A stretch of 64,000 nucleotides of DNA. It comes from Octopus vulgaris (Eukaryota). Shown here piece after piece: positions 37,403-50,313 of the stretch (within the stretch, counting starts at the first letter, position 1; every line of letters starts with the position of its first letter). The notes beneath the pieces are model-generated. The model was given only the letters and a program-made list of their open reading frames with translations. It did not search any database and had not been told where the DNA came from. The DNA lies in NCBI GenBank assembly GCA_951406725.2, contig OX597820.1, forward strand, positions 87,172,001 through 87,236,000, in the 5' to 3' direction. The position numbers and the translations under genes were made by a program.

Positions 37403-37786
37403 ACATGATGAATTCTAACACGCGTTTTTGAAAAATAAGATGTCTAGATGGAGAACAAAAATATTCAATCACAAAAAAAAAATAATAAAATTGTCATAAA
37501 AACAGACACAATTTACATCAGAAATAAACTATCCTAAAGTGTTTTGCTTGAATACTTGTAAACATCATCGTTCTTGTTTCACTGAGTGCAACTTTAAATT
37601 CTGAAAAACAGCGTCTGCAAGGTTAAGTGGATCGAGGTCGTAAGTCATTTCTCTGTGAAGATGACATCAAACAGTTTACTAACCCAGTGATACATACGGA
37701 ATATTTTGTAATTTTGTGGGTGCAAGACGTGCCAAGGCTACTTTGAATCGAGTTAATCTGACGAAGAGAGTAACCACCGACAAATA

Positions 37787-37999
37787 ATGGTTTCAAATTT
37801 TGGTTCAAGGTCTGCAATTACGGGAGAGGGTATAAATTGATGACATCGTCCTCAGTGCTCAACTAGAACTTATTTTATCGACTTCAAAAAGATGAAAGGA
37901 AAAGTCGACCTCGGCGGAATTTGAACTCGGTGCGTAAAGACAGACGAAATGCTGCTAAGCATTTTGCCTGCCGTGCTAACGATTCTGCCAGCTCGCCGC
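37787..37999 (-). mobile_element. SINE family A
   Basis: Near-consensus copy. Confidence 0.88.
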
Positions 38000-38303
38000 A
38001 TTTATCACAAACAAATATAAGTAACGTACAATATTAGTTCAAGTACAAAACCGATTTCTTTGGTTCCTAAGCCATTCCGAATAACTGATTTTTCCGAACC
38101 AAGGGTGGTCACCTTGGTCAACACACTCTAAATTAAGCAAATATTAAATTTACTAAAAAATTAAATGGAATACAGGTATCTGTATATTAGTGTAAATTAG
38201 TGCGAATCATAGAAAGTACTTGTAGCGTAATGTTTTAGCTAATGATTAAATTTCTTTGGTAGGTTCAGCCAGCTACTCCCATTTATATTCTCATAGAAAT
38301 AAA

Positions 38304-38423
38304 AATATACTTGACTACTCTCACTTAAATGAACAATATACTTGACTGTACTCCCACTTAAGTGAGCAATAAACTTGATTGTATCCTCCTTTAAGTAAAC
38401 AATATACTTAACTCTACTTTCAC
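38304..38423. repeat. ~31-33-bp minisatellite, about 3.5 diverged units
   Basis: AATATACTTGACT(GT)ACTC(T/C)CACTTAA(A/G)TGA(A/G)C repeated. Confidence 0.8.
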
Positions 38424-39482
38424 GGAAGGAAAAAGCTTACATTCATCTATACACTCGCGGAAAGAACCCTGTACTGAACTATACTTTCAAAATAGGGGCC
38501 CATATGCTCAGCCGTTCTCACAGAAGAGAAACAAAATTCAATAAATGCGATTTATTTTATATTATTTTATTATTGGTGTTTCTGTTAATTCCACGGCTCT
38601 CTCTTCCTTCTCTTCATGCCCCTCCTTCTTTCTCTCTTTTTCTTCCTCTCCATCCCCATTATTCTATAATTGTTTTTGCTATTCCATCTTTTTTATATGC
38701 TGCCATGTACATTTGTCTGTATGAGGGTGAGTACATTGTCTGCGTGTCTGTGTGTCTGCCTCTATGCGTATTTGTCCCTGTGTTTGTGAATGCGCGTGTG
38801 CGTGTGTGTGTATGTGAGAGCGTCTGAGTGCATGTCTATTTACGCGTATGTATGTGCGCACGCGTGCCTGTGTGTGCGTGCGTGAGCGTGTGCGAGTGTA
38901 TGTGTGTGACAGTCTGCATGCAACTGTGTTATATTAAATTTACTGACGAAAAATAAAAATGTACATTAAAAGAAAATTTTTGGTGAGGAATTTATATGAA
39001 GTTATTTCAGATCCCTTTGAAGGAATTAATAAAATTACAATACCTTTAAAGGAACCGTTCGATTTATTAAAAGGGCATCACTGATGACTCAGCTATTTCA
39101 TGTTTTTGAAATCAAGATACCCTACAAGAGAATACATCCTTTGGAATTTTAACCCTAAAGGTGATTCAAGAAAGGTCTATGTATGATCAAAGCCATATCC
39201 TCCCTCCACGACTATTCTTTAAGAACCCTAAGCATATGATATAAAATATCTAATATACAAAGAAAATAGAAATAGTTAAATAAGAAGTGGAACACATTAA
39301 TTGGCTTTAAAGGAATAATTTATGTGCTGTTGATTCTCAGGAATTTCAAAATGTTTCTGTGGGGGAGACTTTTTTTATTTGTTTTTGTTTTTATCTTCTT
39401 CAAAAAATTAACATAGCTTGATTTCAAAGATGCATGATAAGGATTTAGAAAATCTAATTCTTTAATAAACAAACGAACTACC

Positions 39483-39531
<49 letters not shown>

Positions 39532-39554
39532 ACACATACACACACGCACGCACG

Positions 39555-39591
<37 letters not shown>

Positions 39592-39916
39592 AACCAGAAC
39601 AGGTTTTAGAAAACAAATTGTGTGGCACAATATAACAGTCTACCTATATATATATATATATATATACTAGTACTTATTTTATCGGTCTCTTTTGCCCGAC
39701 CGCTAGATTACGGGGACGTGAAGACACCAGCATCGGCTGTTAAGTGATGGTGGCGGGTCAAACACAGACACACAAACATATACACACACACACACACAAA
39801 CGCACGCACTCTCTCACACACGCACACACATAGGGAGAATTCACAAAAAAAAAACGAAGACAGGTGGTGTAGACGACAAACTGGTGTATTAGTTTAACTC
39901 TCGGGAAGTGAAAAAG

Positions 39917-39953
39917 TTTTTAACGTTTCGAGCCTACGCTCTTCCACAGAAAG
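39917..39953 (-). ncRNA. minimal Penelope-type hammerhead-like motif (variant core)
   Basis: CUUU-CUGUGGA-A-GAGC(GUAG)GCUC-GAAA-CGUUA; position 6 is U instead of the canonical A. Confidence 0.45.
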
Positions 39954-40398
39954 TAACACAGAACGAAACAAAGAAAGAAAATAAAGAATGTGTAGTGGCT
40001 TCTTTCGGTTTCCGTCTAGCAAATTCACTCACAAGGGTTTGGTCGGCCCCAGGCTATAGTAGAAGACAGTTTCCCAAAATTCCACGCAGTGGGACTGAAC
40101 ACGGAACCATGTGGTTGGGAAGCAAGCTTCTTACCAAACAGCCACGCCTGCGCAAACGCCTTGAAGAATTTTTAGTCGAATGAATCGACAACAGCAGTTC
40201 TTTTTTTAAGTCTGGTACATATTCAATAGGTCTCTTTTTATTGAAACGCTAGGTTACGGGAACTTAAACACACCAGCACCAGTTCTAATGCGGTGGTTGG
40301 GAACAAACTCAGACCCAAGGGAGGACACACACAACCGCGTGTGTCCCGTGTGCGATTTTTTTTCCTGTCTTCCCTTGTCTGGATCTATCCTTCACATA

Positions 40399-40435
40399 TG
40401 TTCCCGACGAAGAGCTCCGCTCGAAACGTTAAACC
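40399..40435 (+). ncRNA. minimal Penelope-type hammerhead-like motif
   Basis: CCGACGA-A-GAGC(UCC)GCUC-GAAA-CGUUA-AAC; one mismatch (U4C) from CUGACGA. Confidence 0.5.
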
Positions 40436-40536
40436 CTCCTTCCTTCATTCTTTCCTGAGCGTCCAATAATACTATATTTGTTCCACGTCCTCGCGTTGTT
40501 GTGTTTTTTTGTGCTTTCATCTTTGGATTAACTTTA

Positions 40537-40622
<86 letters not shown>

Positions 40623-40636
40623 CATCTATATATACG

Positions 40637-40690
<54 letters not shown>

Positions 40691-40714
40691 AATGTATGTG
40701 TGTATATATGTGTA

Positions 40715-40920
40715 TGTGTGTTTGTCCCTCCAACATCGCTTGACAATCGATGCTGGTGTGTTTACGTTCCCGTAACATAACGGTTTCGGCAAAAAGACCG
40801 ATAGAATAAGTACTAGGCTTACAAAGAATAGGTCCTGGGGTCGATTTGCTCGACTAAAAGCGTTGCTCCAGCATGGCCACAGTCAAATGACTGAAACAAG
40901 TAAAAGAGTAAAAGAGTAAA
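40715..40920 (+). mobile_element. SINE family B, 3' half
   Basis: CAACATCGCTTGACAATCGATGCTGG...AAAAGAGT. Confidence 0.85.
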
Positions 40921-41090
40921 TGCCCCACATTCTTTATTCTCATTGTACCTTACATACTTCTTGCGATGCAACGATATCATATATATATATACATACATAC
41001 ACACACACACGCATGCATGCATGCACGCACACACGCGCACACACATTCACACAGGCACACGCACTCATGCACACATATATGTGTGCATAC

Positions 41091-41146
<56 letters not shown>

Positions 41147-41159
41147 GTGTGTGTGTAAG

Positions 41160-41556
41160 TGCAGGAGTGGCTGTGTGGTAAGTAGCTTGCTTAGCAACGT
41201 CATGGTTCTGGGTTCAGTCCCACTGCGTGGCACCTTGGGCAAGTGTCTTCTACTATAACCCCGGGCCGGCCAAAGCCTTGTGAGTGGATTTGACGGGTGT
41301 AAACTGAAAGAAGCCCGTAGTATATGTGTGTGTGAGTATTTATGTGTCTGTATTTGTCCCCCTCCATCATCGCCTGACAACTGATGTTGGTGTGTTCACA
41401 TTCCCGTAACATAGCGGTTCGGTAAAAGAAACCGATGGAATAAGTACTAGGCTAACAAAGAATAAGACCTGGGGTCGATTTGCTCGACTAAAGACGGTGC
41501 TCCAGCATGGCCGCAGTAAACTGATTGAAGCATAAGAATAAAAGAATAAAAAGAAT
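41160..41556 (+). mobile_element. SINE family B, full length
   Basis: Head to tail recognisable. Confidence 0.9.
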
Positions 41557-41597
41557 ATATATATATGTATGTATTCATATATGTGTATTTCTTTCTT

Positions 41598-41814
41598 TTA
41601 TTCTTTATTCTTTTACTTGTTTCAGTCATTTTGACTGCGGCCATGCTGGAGCACCGCCTTTTAGTCGAGCAACTCGACCCCGGGACTCATTCTTCTTTGC
41701 TAGCCCAGTACTTATTCTATCGGTCTCTTTTTGCCGAACCGCTAAGTGACGGGGACGTAAACACACCAGCATCGGTTGTCAAGCAATGCTAGGGGAACAA
41801 ACACAGACACACAA

Positions 41815-41847
<33 letters not shown>

Positions 41848-42018
41848 GATATATACGACAGGCTTCTTTCAGTTTCCGTCTACCAAATCCACTCACAAGG
41901 CATTGGTCGGCCCGGGGCTATAGCAGAAGACACTCGCCCAAGATGCCACGCAGTGGGACTGAACCCGGAACCATGTGGTTGGTTAGCAAGCTACTTACCA
42001 CACAGCCACTCCTGCGCC
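41598..42018 (-). mobile_element. SINE family B, full length, inverted relative to its neighbour
   Basis: Ends CACAGCCACTCCTGCGCC (reverse-complement head). Confidence 0.92.
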
Positions 42019-42096
42019 TATAATGTAAGTATATATAATATATATATGTATATATAATATATATATATATATACATACATACATACATATACATAC

Positions 42097-42178
<82 letters not shown>

Positions 42179-42182
<4 letters not shown>

Positions 42183-42873
42183 CAACAATTGAGGGTAAAA
42201 TTAATTAATTAATTATTAATCAATTTCACCAAGTCTTCAGTATGTAAAGGGACCATTTAAGGCGAATTCAAATTATTACATTATATAAAAGGGCTTAGTA
42301 AAATAAATTACTTTGCCACATACTGAACTCATTAGAAATAGTAGCTAAAAAAACTTTTTTAAAACTATTTCTAATACTTAAAGAAAATCTCTCTCATATA
42401 GTGTTTGCTCAATTCAACTCACGAAAGTATGGGGGTAAAGACATTAAAAAATCAAATGCAAAGGTTATTTGAGAACGTACGTTTCAAGATTAGTCAACTC
42501 GACATTTCTATCATCAGCTCAGAACTCCTTGATTTGGATTTGAAAACACTGAAAGTGGGAGCATACCCTTTCGGCTTCTTATCGCTTCTGAAGATCTGCT
42601 CGAAACTAACAGTGCCAGCACACCCAAAATATGCAAGCGAAGAATTTCTGCTCTCCCCTTTCCATCAGCGTGGGTTAAAATCAGTAAACACTATGCTTTT
42701 TCGGTAAATCCGAAACATTAAATAGAGAGAGATGAATTATAATTTCAACAATTGAGGGTAAAATTAATTAATTAATTATTAATCAATTTCACCAAGTCTT
42801 CAGTATGTAAAGGGACCATTTAAGGCGAATTCAAATTATTACATTATATAAAAGGGCTTAGTAAAATAAATTA

Positions 42874-42877
<4 letters not shown>
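42179..42877 (-). mobile_element. non-coding retrozyme/Penelope-like element with 136-bp direct terminal repeats, in (TA)n
   Basis: 42179-42314 identical to 42742-42877 (563-bp period); long (TA)n on both sides; internal hammerhead. Confidence 0.75.
42464..42525 (-). ncRNA. type I hammerhead ribozyme (intact core)
   Basis: UGAG-CUGAUGA-[UAGA AAU GUCG AGU UGAC UAA UCUU]-GAAA-CGUACG-UU-CUCA: stem I UGAG/CUCA, canonical CUGAUGA and GAAA, short stem III with palindromic GUAC loop, GUU cleavage triplet. Confidence 0.75.
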
Positions 42878-42956
<79 letters not shown>

Positions 42957-43309
42957 TATAGTCGAGTAGCCCGTTTATGTGTTTGCCCTAGGTTTCTCGT
43001 TCACAAGGGGTTTAGCATGAGGCGTATCTTCAGTCCCCATACACTGCTTACTTACCTGAGGCCTCTTTTAAATATGGAGGGCGAAAAGCCTCGTTTTTAA
43101 GATTAAAATCATAGGTCACTATCTGCCTTTGCCATTGTTCATCGATCTTCGGCCACGCAGCCATCTTGCAGTCACCAAAGCACCATGGAGTTAAACGATT
43201 TCTCCCTTCCGCCTTTGATATTGGTTTCCGGTTGTGGTGCCGCCATCGCCCGAAAACGTTTGTCCTGGAGTTCAGTATGCCCCCTGGCATAAATGAGTCT
43301 TTAAGGATA

Positions 43310-43600
43310 CTCGTGCGATCGTGAGGTTGTGAGTTCAATTCCCGGATCGGGCTGCGTGTTGTGTTCTTGAGCAAGACACTTTATTTCACGTTGCTCCAGA
43401 AATGAATTGCGACGTCACAGGTACCAAGCTGTATCGGCCTTTGCCTTTCCTTTGGATAACATCGGTGGCGTGGAGAGGAGAGGCTGGTATGCATGGGCGA
43501 CTGCCTGTCTTCCATAAACAATCTTGCCCGGACTCGTACCTCGGAGGGTAACTTTCTAGGTGCAATCCCATGGTCATTCATGATAGAAGGGGATCTCCCC
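43310..43600 (+). mobile_element. SINE family D with a third tail type
   Basis: GTGTTCTTGAGCAAGACACTTTATTTCACGTTGCTCCAG core, then an unrelated tail ending GAAGGGGATCTCCCC. Confidence 0.75.
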
Positions 43601-43678
43601 ATATATACATATATATATATATATACACATACATACATGCACACACACACACACACATATATATATATACACATACAT

Positions 43679-43801
<123 letters not shown>

Positions 43802-44019
43802 AATTCCGATGAACACCAACAGTATATTCGATGATAAATACTTCAGATGAGTGTTCTGCATACTGTATATGATAAGTTCTGACTTTTGTGTAATATCGTA
43901 AATGAAAAAGTTCGATCAACAGGCATTATCCTAAAATATTTTCCTTTCCTCACATTGTACATAACTTGATATATAAAACAAAGTAGTGAAATACTTAAAC
44001 AGGACTTTATATAGGTTTG

Positions 44020-44330
44020 TAATGATCCAACATTGGAATATAAACTACAATTTGTTGCACAGTTTCAGCATACATTAATGCAGTTACTGTTCCCATTACC
44101 TCAATTACCTTTAATACACTTGTGGGGCTAATATAGAAGCTATAAAACTCTCTTAAGAAAGCTAATGAATTCTGGAATCGGAGTCCTAGAGGCATTTCAA
44201 TGTTGTTTACAGCATTCATCATGCATTCCTTATTGTTAAGACATATCGGTGTTTGCCTGTTACATTACCATAATGACAATAACATGTGTGCATGTTTTGC
44301 ATATATCCATTTTTACACATGCGCCTAAAT
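44020..44330 (-). pseudogene. possible decayed EGF-like (MEGF-type) Cys-rich exon
   Basis: CKNGY...TCYCHYG/CNRQTPICLNNKEC...HKCIKGN*GNGNSNCINVC*NCATNC. Confidence 0.4.
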
Positions 44331-44439
44331 GTTGACTGTGACCTCAATTTTCACTACTCGAGGTTTATTCAAACAGCATCACCCCACCAAGAGAAAACAT
44401 ATTAAAGGTGCTTATGCACAAAAAGCTCTATAAAACAAG

Positions 44440-44814
44440 GGTGGGTGTGGTTGCATGGTTAAGCAGGTTACTTTGTAGCCACGTTGTTTTGAGGTTCAGT
44501 CTCACTGCAGAGCACCTTGGACAAGTGTCTGTTATCATAGACCCGGGCCCACCAATGACTTGTGAGTGAATTTGATAGACGGAAGCCCCTCATATACATG
44601 TGTGTGTGTGCGTGCGTGTTCATGCGTGTGCGTGCGTGTGCGTGCGTGTGCGTGCATGTATGTGTGATTGTGTTTGTCTCCTACCAAACACAATTGGTGA
44701 GTGGTGTAGGTTTGTTTACGTCAATGTAAACTAAGTGGTTCGGCAAAAGAGTCCGTTAAAATACTTAACTTCAAATAATAATAGTAATAATAATAATAAT
44801 AATAATGATAATAA

Positions 44815-44899
<85 letters not shown>

Positions 44900-44925
44900 A
44901 AGAAGAAGAAGAAGAAGAAGAAGAA

Positions 44926-44984
<59 letters not shown>

Positions 44985-45166
44985 AGAAGAAGAAGAAGAA
45001 GAAGAAGAAGAAGAAGAAGAAGAAGAAGAAGAAGAAGAAGAAGAAGAAGAAGAAGCATTGTGATTGATTTGTTCAACTAAACACTTCAAAGCTGTGCCCC
45101 AGCATGGCCGCACTCTAATGACTAAAACAAGTTTTAAAAAATGAAAGTAGATTAAAGATAAAGATA
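44440..45166 (+). mobile_element. SINE family B split by a (AAT)n(AAG)n expansion (44775-45055)
   Basis: Head and core before the microsatellite, tail after. Confidence 0.8.
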
Positions 45167-45396
45167 GAATATACAGCGGTGGTAGTAAATTTAATTATTC
45201 ATAGGAGATGTGTCTGTTTTCTGCTCACTGTCAAATTATGGTAGTAAATTTTATATACATGAAATACCAAGAAAGCATAAAACAGACAAAATAGAGCTGA
45301 ATAAAGTGACGGTTAAAACCTTCCGATCGAATTACCTGAATATAAAGCATCTCAAGGCAAGAGATATAAAACAAGAAAACAGTAAAATACATTTAA

Positions 45397-45427
<31 letters not shown>

Positions 45428-45431
45428 ACTA

Positions 45432-45475
<44 letters not shown>

Positions 45476-46237
45476 ACTACTGCTGCTGCTGCTGCTGCTG
45501 TTGTTATTGCTAACACACGTACGCGCACGCACACATACACACATACATGCAGAAGCATATATGCCTACATATATGGTGTATAAAATAAAGACAAAAATAT
45601 GCATATATATTTACATACACGTACATACATATATACGTGTGTATATATATATAGATAGATAGATACATACACACATACATACACACATACATACATACAT
45701 ACATACATACATACATACGACAACCATCCACCTATCCATACATACATTCATATACATACATACATACATACATACATACATACATACATACATACATACA
45801 TACATACATGTGAAGATGTGTGGTCAAGAGGTGAGGCTTTGCACTCACAATCGGAAAATCGTGGTCTCACTTCCCAAACAGGTGTTATGTCATGTTCTTG
45901 CGCAAAATATTTCATTTCACTCTCCATTCCCCTCAGCTGTAAAGAGACATCCATTCTCTTTAGGAGTGATGTTGGCCTATCTACATAGCCAGCGGGGTGG
46001 CATCATTCGAAAACTAGAACACTACTAGAAAGGGCATTGTGACCAGTGGTGTACAACAACATCCGATAGTCTGATCAATACTGTGTACAGGATGTGTGCC
46101 TGTGTGCATGAGTGTGTGTGTGTGTGTGTATGTGTGTATAAACGTGTGTGCGTGAGTCTGAGTGCATACACATGCGCAATTGCTCATATCTTTATATACA
46201 TATATATTGTTTGTATGTATGTATATGTATATATATA

Positions 46238-46280
<43 letters not shown>

Positions 46281-46330
46281 GTGTGTGTATGTATATGTAT
46301 ACACACACACACACACACACGCTCACACGC

Positions 46331-46377
<47 letters not shown>

Positions 46378-46499
46378 AAACTATGATAATCCTTGAGTTA
46401 ACTAAAATATCTTAACTTTGTTATTGAATACGTTTGAATATCGTATATATTCAAATCTAGTTAACATATAAGCTTGCATAAACCAATTTTTAAATTTAT

Positions 46500-46923
46500 T
46501 TCATGACTTTATATCTGTACTATATTTTGCTATCTGCAAGTTCTTGGGAGAAAACACATGACGATTCTGTATCAGAAAAGGTTCATTACTAATTAAACGA
46601 TTAATATATTTGCCTAGGGTTATGGCATGCTGATAATTTCAAATATGGATGAAATGATGCAATACATGGGTATCAATGACTAAAAGATATTTAGGATTGC
46701 TGAACAAATTGTCAGATATGTATACTCTGTGCATCACTTTTATAGTTGTAAATTTAAAATTGAACCTTCCTACACCGTCATGATTTAGATTTATCAAGAA
46801 ATGATTATCTACGTTACGATAATTATCATCAGGGTTTCAGGGATTTAAATAGTATATAGTGTATAAGACTGAAACTGTATTGTGCCCCACGGATGTTTGG
46901 AGACAGAGTTGTCCAGAACATTT
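46500..46923 (-). pseudogene. possible EGF-end plus fucolectin (FTP)-like pseudo-exon
   Basis: About 140 codons in one frame with only two internal stops: KCSGQLCLQTSVGHNTVS...NP*NPDDNY...FNFKFTTIKVMHRVYISD...TLGKYINRLISNEPFLIQNRHVF. Confidence 0.4.
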
Positions 46924-46990
46924 AGTTTTTGTTTTTGGCATCTAGGCTAGAGCTGGGTGTGTTGGCGTGATACGAGGTCAAGATAAAGTA

Positions 46991-47459
46991 CCGTAAATCC
47001 TCGAGTATAATCCGCACGTTTTTTTTCCCCAAAATTCCTAGTGCGTACTATATACGAGGTTAAAAATGAAAACTATTTTCTAAGCAATGTCCGAGGCTCT
47101 ATTTGCTGTCCGGCAATGTTTATTCAGACGCATTTTGTGATGTCGGGCGGGAAAATACCTTAAATCATCCATAACTTGCAGTTAGCAACATTTATTAAAC
47201 GTTATTACTGCTATTTATTTATTTTCTGCAAACAAAATGCACAAAAAAGCTACACGTTTGCATTGTGTTATATATACAATAATAATAAAGGACGTTACCG
47301 TATACATTTTTACAAACCAAGGACGTTATATAGACCTTCTTGACTCAAGTTAGAGAAGGGTGCGTATTATACCCAAGGTTTAGGTTTTTCAGAGGTACAG
47401 CCCCCTAAAAATCCCCTGCGCATTATACTCAAGGGCGGACTATACTCGAGGATTTACGG
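46991..47459. mobile_element. Tc1/mariner-superfamily (pogo/Tigger-like) MITE
   Basis: TIR CCGTAAATCCTCGAGTATA(A/G)TCCGC at both ends, TA TSD, subterminal TGCG(T/C)A(C/T)TATA..AGG repeats. Confidence 0.92.
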
Positions 47460-48083
47460 TACTTGTAGGAGTCTGGTGCTAATACCCAAATTGTGACTTC
47501 CGTGAAAGGTAGACATGGGCCAAATAGTGACGTAATGTTTCTATCATCCAAAAGATTTAGACCGTGTTGTTAAACGGAGCAGCGTTATGGACCTGCGGCT
47601 TCAAAAGTAGAAGACACTTGGCCGTAGTGTTGTACATTGGTATCGAACCAAGAACTACTCGCTTCCGAAATGAAATTCTAAATCACGCAGTCATGCATAT
47701 GCCAATAGCATACATGTATGAAACAGCTTTCAAGGAATATTTCCGTATACATACGGTGGTGTATGTATATAAGCATATTAGTGCACAAACCAAACAATAG
47801 AGAAAGTGAGAGAAAGAGTGAGTGTGTGTATGCGCGTACGGTACGTCTGTTTCTGTGTGTGTATCCATGTGTTGTATGCGTGTGTGTGCATGTATTTCCA
47901 CGCTTGTGTATGTAGATCTGTTGTGTGTATGTGTGTGAGTTTCTACGTGTGTAGATGGGCATGCCTTTGTGCATGCATCTGTATTATTCCCTGTGTGTAT
48001 GTGTGTGTGTGTTTCCATTTGTGTGTATTGCATATTTGCATGTTGCGCTCGTGCGTGCGTGTGTGTGAGTGCGTGAGTGGAGG

Positions 48084-48124
<41 letters not shown>

Positions 48125-48732
48125 TCGAAACCTCAAAAGAAAAAGAAAAGGAAAAGACAAAATTGATCAACGAAATGTGTCATCGAAAGAATGTATAGTT
48201 AATGAGGTGAGATCGTATGAAAGACATATTTATTCGCATTTGATTCTGGTATTTTGCATTGTTTAAATCCTGCGTACAAATCTATCCACCATTATCTCAA
48301 TCATTGATTCACACACACACCACACACACACACACACACACACCTATAAATATATGTGTGTGCACGTGTGTGTATGTATACTCACACTACTCATACACAC
48401 ACATGCAACAATGCACAATTCTACCAAGCTAAATAAAGTACTTCAACGCCGCCTAGTACATCATGTACAATACAATTTACATATTTAGCCAAACTCATGA
48501 ACACATTCTTTGAGCATATTTGCATTAAAGTAACAATTTTCAATCATTTCAATAAATTTTAAGCTGAAATCTAATAAAAATAGAAACACACAAAACAAAA
48601 AGAAAACATAACATACGCCTTTGTTTTTGGTTGTTATTTAAATTTTTCTTTTTCTCCAAAGTAGAAGAATGTTCGCTTAGACGCTTGTTACTTATGTTGA
48701 ATTCATTCTCTTAAACTGTTCTAATTTGTGCA

Positions 48733-48735
48733 ATG

Positions 48736-48817
<82 letters not shown>

Positions 48818-48872
48818 AATATCAATAACAATAACAATAATAATAATAACAATAACAATAATGATAATAATG

Positions 48873-48940
<68 letters not shown>

Positions 48941-48953
48941 CACAATAACAACA
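48733..48953. repeat. (AAT)n/(AAC)n microsatellite
   Basis: Directly visible. Confidence 0.95.
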
Positions 48954-49664
48954 AGACGAATAATCCAGCTGGCTTCTCTGCCTTTATTCGAAAGATAACT
49001 ATATTTTAAATAAGCATTTATACTTGCATTTCGGAGTTATAAATTGGAGTTATATACTGACTTGTTGCTAAGATACGGGTTTGATTTACGTTTCTATCAT
49101 GATTTTTGCTGTTCTTATTGTTGTTTAGACCCAAGCAAGCTCTATTTGAGTATACCTATTATCAGAAATGTTCCAACACTGACCATATTACCTCAAGTAA
49201 GCCGTAGTGTATTTGGAATTATAATACCCATTGTGTCCTTTTTATAACATCTTACTGTATTGATTTGAAAGAAATTTAGCTTCTATTATTTACAAACAAG
49301 TATGATATACTAATGTAGTCTGATATGATAATATAGCATGTACTGCAATAGTGGTGTATAGCATGCAGAGTATTCACAGCTTAAATATCTTTCGTTACAC
49401 AGTGAGTGAAACAGCTAAACAAGTATTAGCACTAACAACTACATCATATCCCAGAAATCCGACACGCTAAATATAAAAACGTAGATTGTGTTTAAATGTC
49501 ACTATGAGAATAAGTTTAACTTGACGTATTAAAGCAAAAATATGTAATTCAGCTGGTCTACTAAAAGTATATAAATACAGATCTGCCGGTACTAAAAACA
49601 AAATATACAACTGTAAGCAGCATTAATAAATTCATATGATGTAAATATATGTGTGTGTATGATC

Positions 49665-50313
49665 TATGTGGGTTCTGGTTCAGTGTCACTGCGTGGCTCG
49701 GGCTGACCAAAGACTTGTGCGTGGATTTAGTACAAGGGAACTGAAAGAAACCAGTCGTATGTATATATACATATATATTTGTGTAGTTGTGTCAATGTGT
49801 GCGTGTGTGTGACTGTGTCTGTATGTGTTAGAGCTTGTGTGTGTGTGTGTCTATGTATGTGAATGTGTGTGTGTGTGTGCCTTTGTCCCTCACCATTACT
49901 TGACAACCAGTATTGGTGAGTTTACGTCTGCGTAACTTAGTGGTTCGGCAAAAGAACCGATAGAATAAGAACCAAACTTTTTTAAAAATAAGTATTGGGT
50001 TCGATTTATTCGACTAAAAGTTTTCAAGGTGATGCTCCAAAATGGCCTGCACGTAAAAGGTTATATATATGTATATATATATATATATCTTTATTGCCCA
50101 CGAGGGGTTAAACATAGAAGAGATAAACAAGGACAGACAAAGGGAGTAAGTCGATTACATCGACCCCAGTGCGTAACTGGTACTTATTTAATCGACCCCG
50201 AAAGGATGAAAGGCAAAGTCGACTTCGTCAGAATTTGAACTCAGAACGTAACGGCTGACGAAATACCGCTAAGAATTTCGCCTGTTACGCTAACGATTCT
50301 GCCGGCTCACCGC
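49665..50313. mobile_element. SINE family B (+) followed by SINE family A (-)
   Basis: Family B core and tail 49665-50050; family A 50090-50313. Confidence 0.8.

Noticed and set aside
38304-38423. CRISPR-like periodicity
   Set aside because: Adjacent diverged units with no unique spacers, eukaryotic context and no cas genes
42405-42707. 100-aa ORF inside the direct-repeat element
   Set aside because: Non-ATG start, no recognisable domain, and antisense to the ribozyme; treated as incidental
46808-46835. Minus-strand CUGAUGA..GUAACGUA hammerhead-like match
   Set aside because: GAAA box is mutated, there is no stem I, and it lies within the FTP-like reading frame
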